Below are positions 58,739-64,000 of a stretch of 64,000 nt of DNA, piece after piece; within the stretch, counting starts at the first letter, position 1, and the number at the start of each line of letters is the position of its first letter. Position numbers and translations under genes: made by a program. Source of the stretch: Balanoglossus misakiensis (Eukaryota > Animalia > Hemichordata); assembly GCA_040954595.2 (NCBI GenBank), contig CM082578.2:711740-775739 (forward strand). Reading direction: 5' to 3'. The notes beneath the pieces are model-generated. The model had not been told where the DNA came from and did no database searches. It worked only from the letters and a program-made list of their open reading frames with translations.

Positions 58739-61700
58739 CCTTTTCTGGAATTTGCAGCACTTTTTACAAGAGAACGACACTTCATGCTCCATAATATTTC
58801 CGAAAATGAAGAAAAGAGTTAATTTTTTATGATTTTTTAAAAATTTACCATTTTTGTCAAAATATGGCCAAAATGGCTATTTTTTCTTGAATTCGGTCAA
58901 TATCTCTGCATTTTTGGAGTGGTCGAACGTTTTAACATACAATCAACATGTCATATATGATCAGGGCACCAAATTCGAAGAACAAAGGTTTTTTTCTTTT
59001 TTTTTTCTTCTAAAAATGACATTTTCAAGTAAAATTTGGTAAAACGCAATTTTGTCTGCAGTGAGCCAAATTAGACTGTCTTTTATGAAATTTGTATCGA
59101 TATATACATACGAAGAGCATTCTATACTCCATCAGATTTCCGAAAATGTAGAAAACAGGTATTTTTTGTAAATTTCAAAAAATTACCATTTTGACCAAAT
59201 TGTGGCCAAAATGTTTGTTTTCGTATTGAATGCCGCCTGTGTCACTGCTTTTAAAAGTCATAACAACTTTTAACATACAAGCAATTGTTTATATATGATC
59301 AGGTCACCGAATTAAAAAAATAAAGAATGTTTTGCCTAAAAATGACCTTTTTGGTGCAAAAACGAATAAAACGCAATTTTGTATTAAATCAGCTCATTCA
59401 GAGTGCATTTTTTATAATCAGCACTTTTTTTACATATAATGGAAATTTCATACACCATCAGATATCCAAATATGAAAAAATGATTTAGATTTTAGATGAT
59501 TGTCCAAAATTAGGTGATATCTAATAAATGTAGTATTGAACCGTTCTGTTCCCCCCCCCCCCTACATTATATGCGGTACGCCGATGTCAGCTTACCCGGC
59601 AGTACTGCAGGCCGTGCCCCCAACTAACGTCGGTGTTTGAAACGCCCTGGTTAAATTCGGGCTTTCTCTATAAATTGACAGGCAATAATGCAGTAATACC
59701 CGAACAAATGTCGAGTGATGACCCGCTGTGACTTTCCCTCTTCGGTTTGCCCGACTTAGCCAACGTCTTTGTACTAGAGTGTCGGGTCTTTTGCAGAGCC
59801 AGGCCGAAGGAAATCCGACTTGATCACCGTTGCTAACGAACGCTAGTGTCTGTCATGGCGTGCCGGGGTTTTAGTCGAGCCAGGTCGTAGGAGATCTGAC
59901 TTGTTCATCGTGGTCAATGTACGCGTGTTTCCGCTCTAAAGTGCCGGGGCTTCAGCTAAACCAGGCCGTAGGAAATCCGACGTAATCACCGTTGATAACT
60001 TACGCCAGTCTGTGTCATATAGAGCCGGTGCACCAGCCGAGTCACGCCGTAGGAAATCTGACTTGATCAACGTGGTCAATGTACGCCTGTTTCTGCTCTA
60101 GAGTGCCGGGGCTTCAGCTGAGCCAGGCCGTAGGAAACCCGACGTGATTACCGTTGTTAAATTACGCCAGTCTGTGTCCTATATATAGTGCCGGGGCATC
60201 AGCCGTGCCAGGCCGAAGGAAATGTGAGTAGATCAACGTGGTCTCTGTACGCGTGTTTCTGCTCTAGAGTGCCAGGGCTTTAGCCAAGCCATGCCGTAGG
60301 AAATCTGACTTGATCAACGTTGCTAACGAACGCTAGTGTCTGTCATAGTGTGCCGGGGTTTTAGTCGAGCCAAGCCGTAGGAGATCAGACTTGATCAACG
60401 TGGTCTCTGTACGCGTGTTTCTGCTCTAGAGTGCCGGGGCTTTATCCAAGCCATGCCGTAGAAAATCTGACTTGATCACCGTTGCTAACGTACGCTAGTG
60501 TCTGTCATATAGTGACGGAGATTTAGCCGAGCCAGGCCGTAGAAAAATCGACTTGTTCAACGTTACCAGTGTGCAACTGTTTCTGCTCTAGAGTGTCAGG
60601 GTTTTAGCCGACTTATGCTGTAGGAAATCTGAGTTGATGAACGGGAATTCAATGTTAGAAAACCCGTGTGGAAAGTATCTCTACCCGTTTGAAACTAAGA
60701 AAAGAATTTATTCTTATTTATTTTGTAAAAAAGACAATTTTTCGAAAAAAAGTCGAAAATGGTAATTTTGTCTTGGGTGATTCAAATTATACCGCCTTTT
60801 CTGGAATTTGCAGCACTTTTTACAAGAGAACGATACTTCATGCTCCATAATATTTCCGAAAAAGAAGAGAGTTAATTTTGAATGATTTTTTTAAAATTTA
60901 CCATTTTTGTCAAAATATGGCCAAAATGGCTATTTCACATACAACCAACATACAATCAACATGTCATATATGATCAGGGCTCCAAATTCGAAGAAAAAAG
61001 GTTTTTTTATTTTTTTTCTTCTAAAAATGACATTTTCAAGGAAAATTTGGTAAAACGCAATTTTGTCTGTAGTGAGCTAAATTAGACTGTCTTTTGTGGA
61101 ATTTGTATCGATATATACATACGAAGAGCATTGTATACTCCATCAGATTTCCGAAAATGTAGAAAACAGGTATTTTTTGTAATTTTCAAAAATTTACCAT
61201 TTTGACCAAATTGTGACTAAAATTGTTATTTTCGTGTTGAATGCCGCGAGTGTCACTGCTTTAAAAAGTCATAAAAACTTTTAACATACAAGCAATTGTT
61301 TATATATGATCAGGTCACCGAATTAAAAAAATAAAGAATGTTTTGCCTAAAAATGACCTTTTTGGTGCAAAAACGAATAAAACGCAATTTTGTATTAAAT
61401 CAACTCATTCAGAGTGCATTTTTTATAATCAGCACCATTTTTACATATAATGGAAATTTCATACATCATCAGATATCCAAATATGAAAAAAATGATTTAG
61501 ATTTTAGATGATTGTCCAAAATTAGCTGATATCTAATAAATGTAGTATTGAACCGTTCTGTTTCCCCCCCCCCTTACATTATATGCGGTACGCCGATGTC
61601 AGCTTACCCGGCAGTACTGCAGGCCGTGCCCCCAACTAACGTCGGTGTTTGAAACGCCCTGGTTAAATTCGGGCTTTCTCTATAAATTGACAGGCAATAA

Positions 61701-61848
61701 TGCAGTCCTACCCGAACAAATGTCGAGTGTTGACCCGCTGTGACTTTCCCTCTTCGGTTTGCCCGACTTAGCCAACATCTTTGTACTAGATTGTCGGGTC
61801 TTTTGCAGAGCCAGGCCGAAGGAAATCCGACTTGATCACCGTTGCTAA

Positions 61849-62810
61849 GTAAAGGATAATGTACGAGTGGAGTGCAATCGTTCAGATATTGAACGACACG
61901 AGGGCCGCAGGCCCGAGTGTCGTTCAATATCTAAACGATTGCACGACACGAGTACATTATCCGGCTTACAATACGTCGCAACATCTGTGATCTTGATATA
62001 TGCTAAACAACTTCTCAACCACATCAACCAATCACAAGCGTCGCAAAATACACCTGGTATATGACTCATTTCGATTGGATACTTGTCAACCAGGGCATTT
62101 GTCACGTGGTCATTGAGGTGCCACGTTTCCATCATCATTCGGAACTCAACCTTCGACAGACAAACACCATGGCCGAAAGTAGCGACGAGCACGAGCTTTT
62201 CATTACCCATGGAGCACGTTCCGACACCCAAGCGAAAGCGAAGGGCGTAGCTTTTACGATATGGACTGGATTTTCCAAGATTTTGGTAGCTTCATTGAAG
62301 ATAATGTACATAAACCATCGGTCATGGAAAGTGTCCTGCAGAAAATCAAGGGTGCCTTTCTCCTGGCCTGCAGCCGCCATTGCGCACATCCTCAGTCTGT
62401 AAGTACCATTTTTCTGTCATTTTCCTCGGAACTTGTAAATTTGTAGTTTTATATTGATCAGGAATGTTCGATTGTACGTCAGCGTAGGCACTTCAGGGAA
62501 GTTTTGGTACGTCGAAAAAAATCAAGCTTTCAGGTGAATCCGTGTGTGAGGTAGAAACGAACCCCCAACCAAAGGTTGAGCCCTGCAGCGCAGAGATCAC
62601 GACAAAGAAAGATGGACGAGCCAAGTGTGTGCACCTGGAAGCAGTTCTTCCCGCCGGAGGCAGCACCTCCTGTCAAAGCTATCTTGTTTGTTGTAGTGAA
62701 TCTTATTATGCCAGGTGCAGTGCAATATCCAGATATTGCACTGGTACCAGTGCATTATCATAAATAATGTCCCAAGAGAACAAAGAGTCTGGTCACATGT
62801 AGTGTTGTAA
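61849..62810. mobile_element. Second Crypton-like hairpin element (~960 bp), different family
   Basis: Interrupts GTTGCTAA|CGAACGCTAG. It has a ~110-bp terminal hairpin with a GGCCGCAGGCC apex and TTACAATAC inverted against the terminal GTGTTGTAA. Confidence 0.65.
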
Positions 62811-64000
62811 CGAACGCTAGTGTCTGTCATGGTGTGCCGGGGTTTTAGTCGAGCCAGGCCGTAGGAAATGTGACTTGATCAACGTGGTCAGTGTACGCGT
62901 GCTTCTGCTCTAGAGTACCGGGGCTTCAGCTGAGCCAGGCCGAAGGAAACCCGATGTGATTACCGTTGTTAACTTACACCAGTCTGTGTCCTATATATAG
63001 TGCCGGGGCATCAGCCGTGCCAAGCCGATGGAAATGTGAGTAGATCAACGTGGTCTCTGTACGCGTGTTTCTGCTCTAGACTGCCAGGGCTTTAGCCAAG
63101 CCATGCCGTAGAAAATCTGACTTGATCAAAGTTGCTAACGAACGCTAGTGTCTGTCATAGTGTGCCGGGGTTTTAGTCGAGCCAAGCCGTAGGAGATCAG
63201 ACTTGATCAACGTGGTCTCTGTACGCGTGTTTCTGCTCTAGAGTGGTGGGGCTTTATCCAAGCCATGCCGTAGAAAATCTGACTTGATCACCGTTGCTAA
63301 CGCCGCCCAACAACTCTTCATGATAAAGGAGCTGTATAATTCGTTTGTTGCACTTCCATACAGCCCATTGAGAGACTGCGTAGACCATGACACATGGAAA
63401 CACATTCGTTTACAGTTTTACTAGGAAATACGAAACGCATAGCAGTGCAGTACCACATGTACCATTGTATCCCGGGCCACGCTTGGTTGTACGTTGTACT
63501 AGAAGCCCTACGTACAGGCCGAGCGTATAGACCCCCCCCCCCCCCGGGTTACTTCGAAAATTTTCGGACTGGGTCCGTTTGCCGCCCAAGTTGAGCACAC
63601 CGAAAATCAACATTGAGTTTTTTGAAAATCAAAGGCAGGGACAAACCAATGAGGACAAAATACTGTTACAGAAAAGTGTTCTCGGTGACGTTGAGATGTG
63701 ACCCAAACCATGAAACATATTATTATTCACGAAGCAATGTCTCCCGGAAAATGTAACATTACCAGGGGCATCAGATTGCGCCAGTGTACGTGTGCTGCAT
63801 GTATGTCATGAAATGGCTGATTTGTCTTGTCTCTGCCGTTGCTAAATGACCGTCCGTCGCCGTTCGCAATCATATAAATAGTCTTTGTTCGCATTGTCAC
63901 ACTGACACCAGCGCACTGTTGCTGTGGGGTCACACTGGAAGGAAATCATGTCTGTATTGTCAATGTTTAGCGACAAGAACAGGTGAACTTAAAGTGTAAA

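Larger units (their letters stand above)
56977..63301. repeat. ~2.0-kb composite tandem repeat (~75-bp diverged subrepeats plus an AT-rich block), interrupted by three insertions
   Basis: 58178-59850 matches 60620-61848, with ATGCGGTACG at 59571 and 61583. GTGCCGGGG...GCCGTAGGAAATC...GACTTGATCA subrepeats occur at 56977-57273, 59750-60620 and 62811-63301. Confidence 0.9.

Noticed and set aside
62061-62830. Protein-coding ORFs within the second Crypton-like element
   Set aside because: Short and overlapping, with no recombinase motifs that I can recognise.
63302-64000. Gene or element at the right edge
   Set aside because: No recognisable ORF, termini or RNA motif in the available sequence.

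Overview
AT-rich animal genomic DNA, probably from a marine invertebrate (inference only). It is made almost entirely of satellites and nested transposable elements, and I could not identify any host protein-coding gene. The centrepiece is a 26.8-kb Helentron (Helitron2-type rolling-circle) complex at 17092-43928. Its innermost 21.3-kb element carries an uninterrupted ~2445-aa OTU-Zn-Rep-PIF1 helicase-AP endonuclease ORF. It appears nested, Russian-doll fashion, inside several ~1.1-1.4-kb non-autonomous copies: five left ends, four stacked right-end hairpins, and insertions in the element's own (GAAA)n tail. The complex sits without a TSD in the third copy of a 1848-bp tandem duplication, and the other two copies preserve the empty site. 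Other elements: a 130-bp satellite; a 5'-truncated L2/CR1-group LINE; a long-TIR element with a nested MITE; an Academ-like deletion derivative with a candidate ubiquitin-like domain; two Harbinger-like MITEs at the same site in a 504-bp repeat; a U2 snRNA 5' end fused to a Tx1 (Keno-like) ORF1; a Penelope-like RT; and Crypton-like hairpin elements in a ~2-kb composite repeat. All alignments were done by eye, so family names are unverified.
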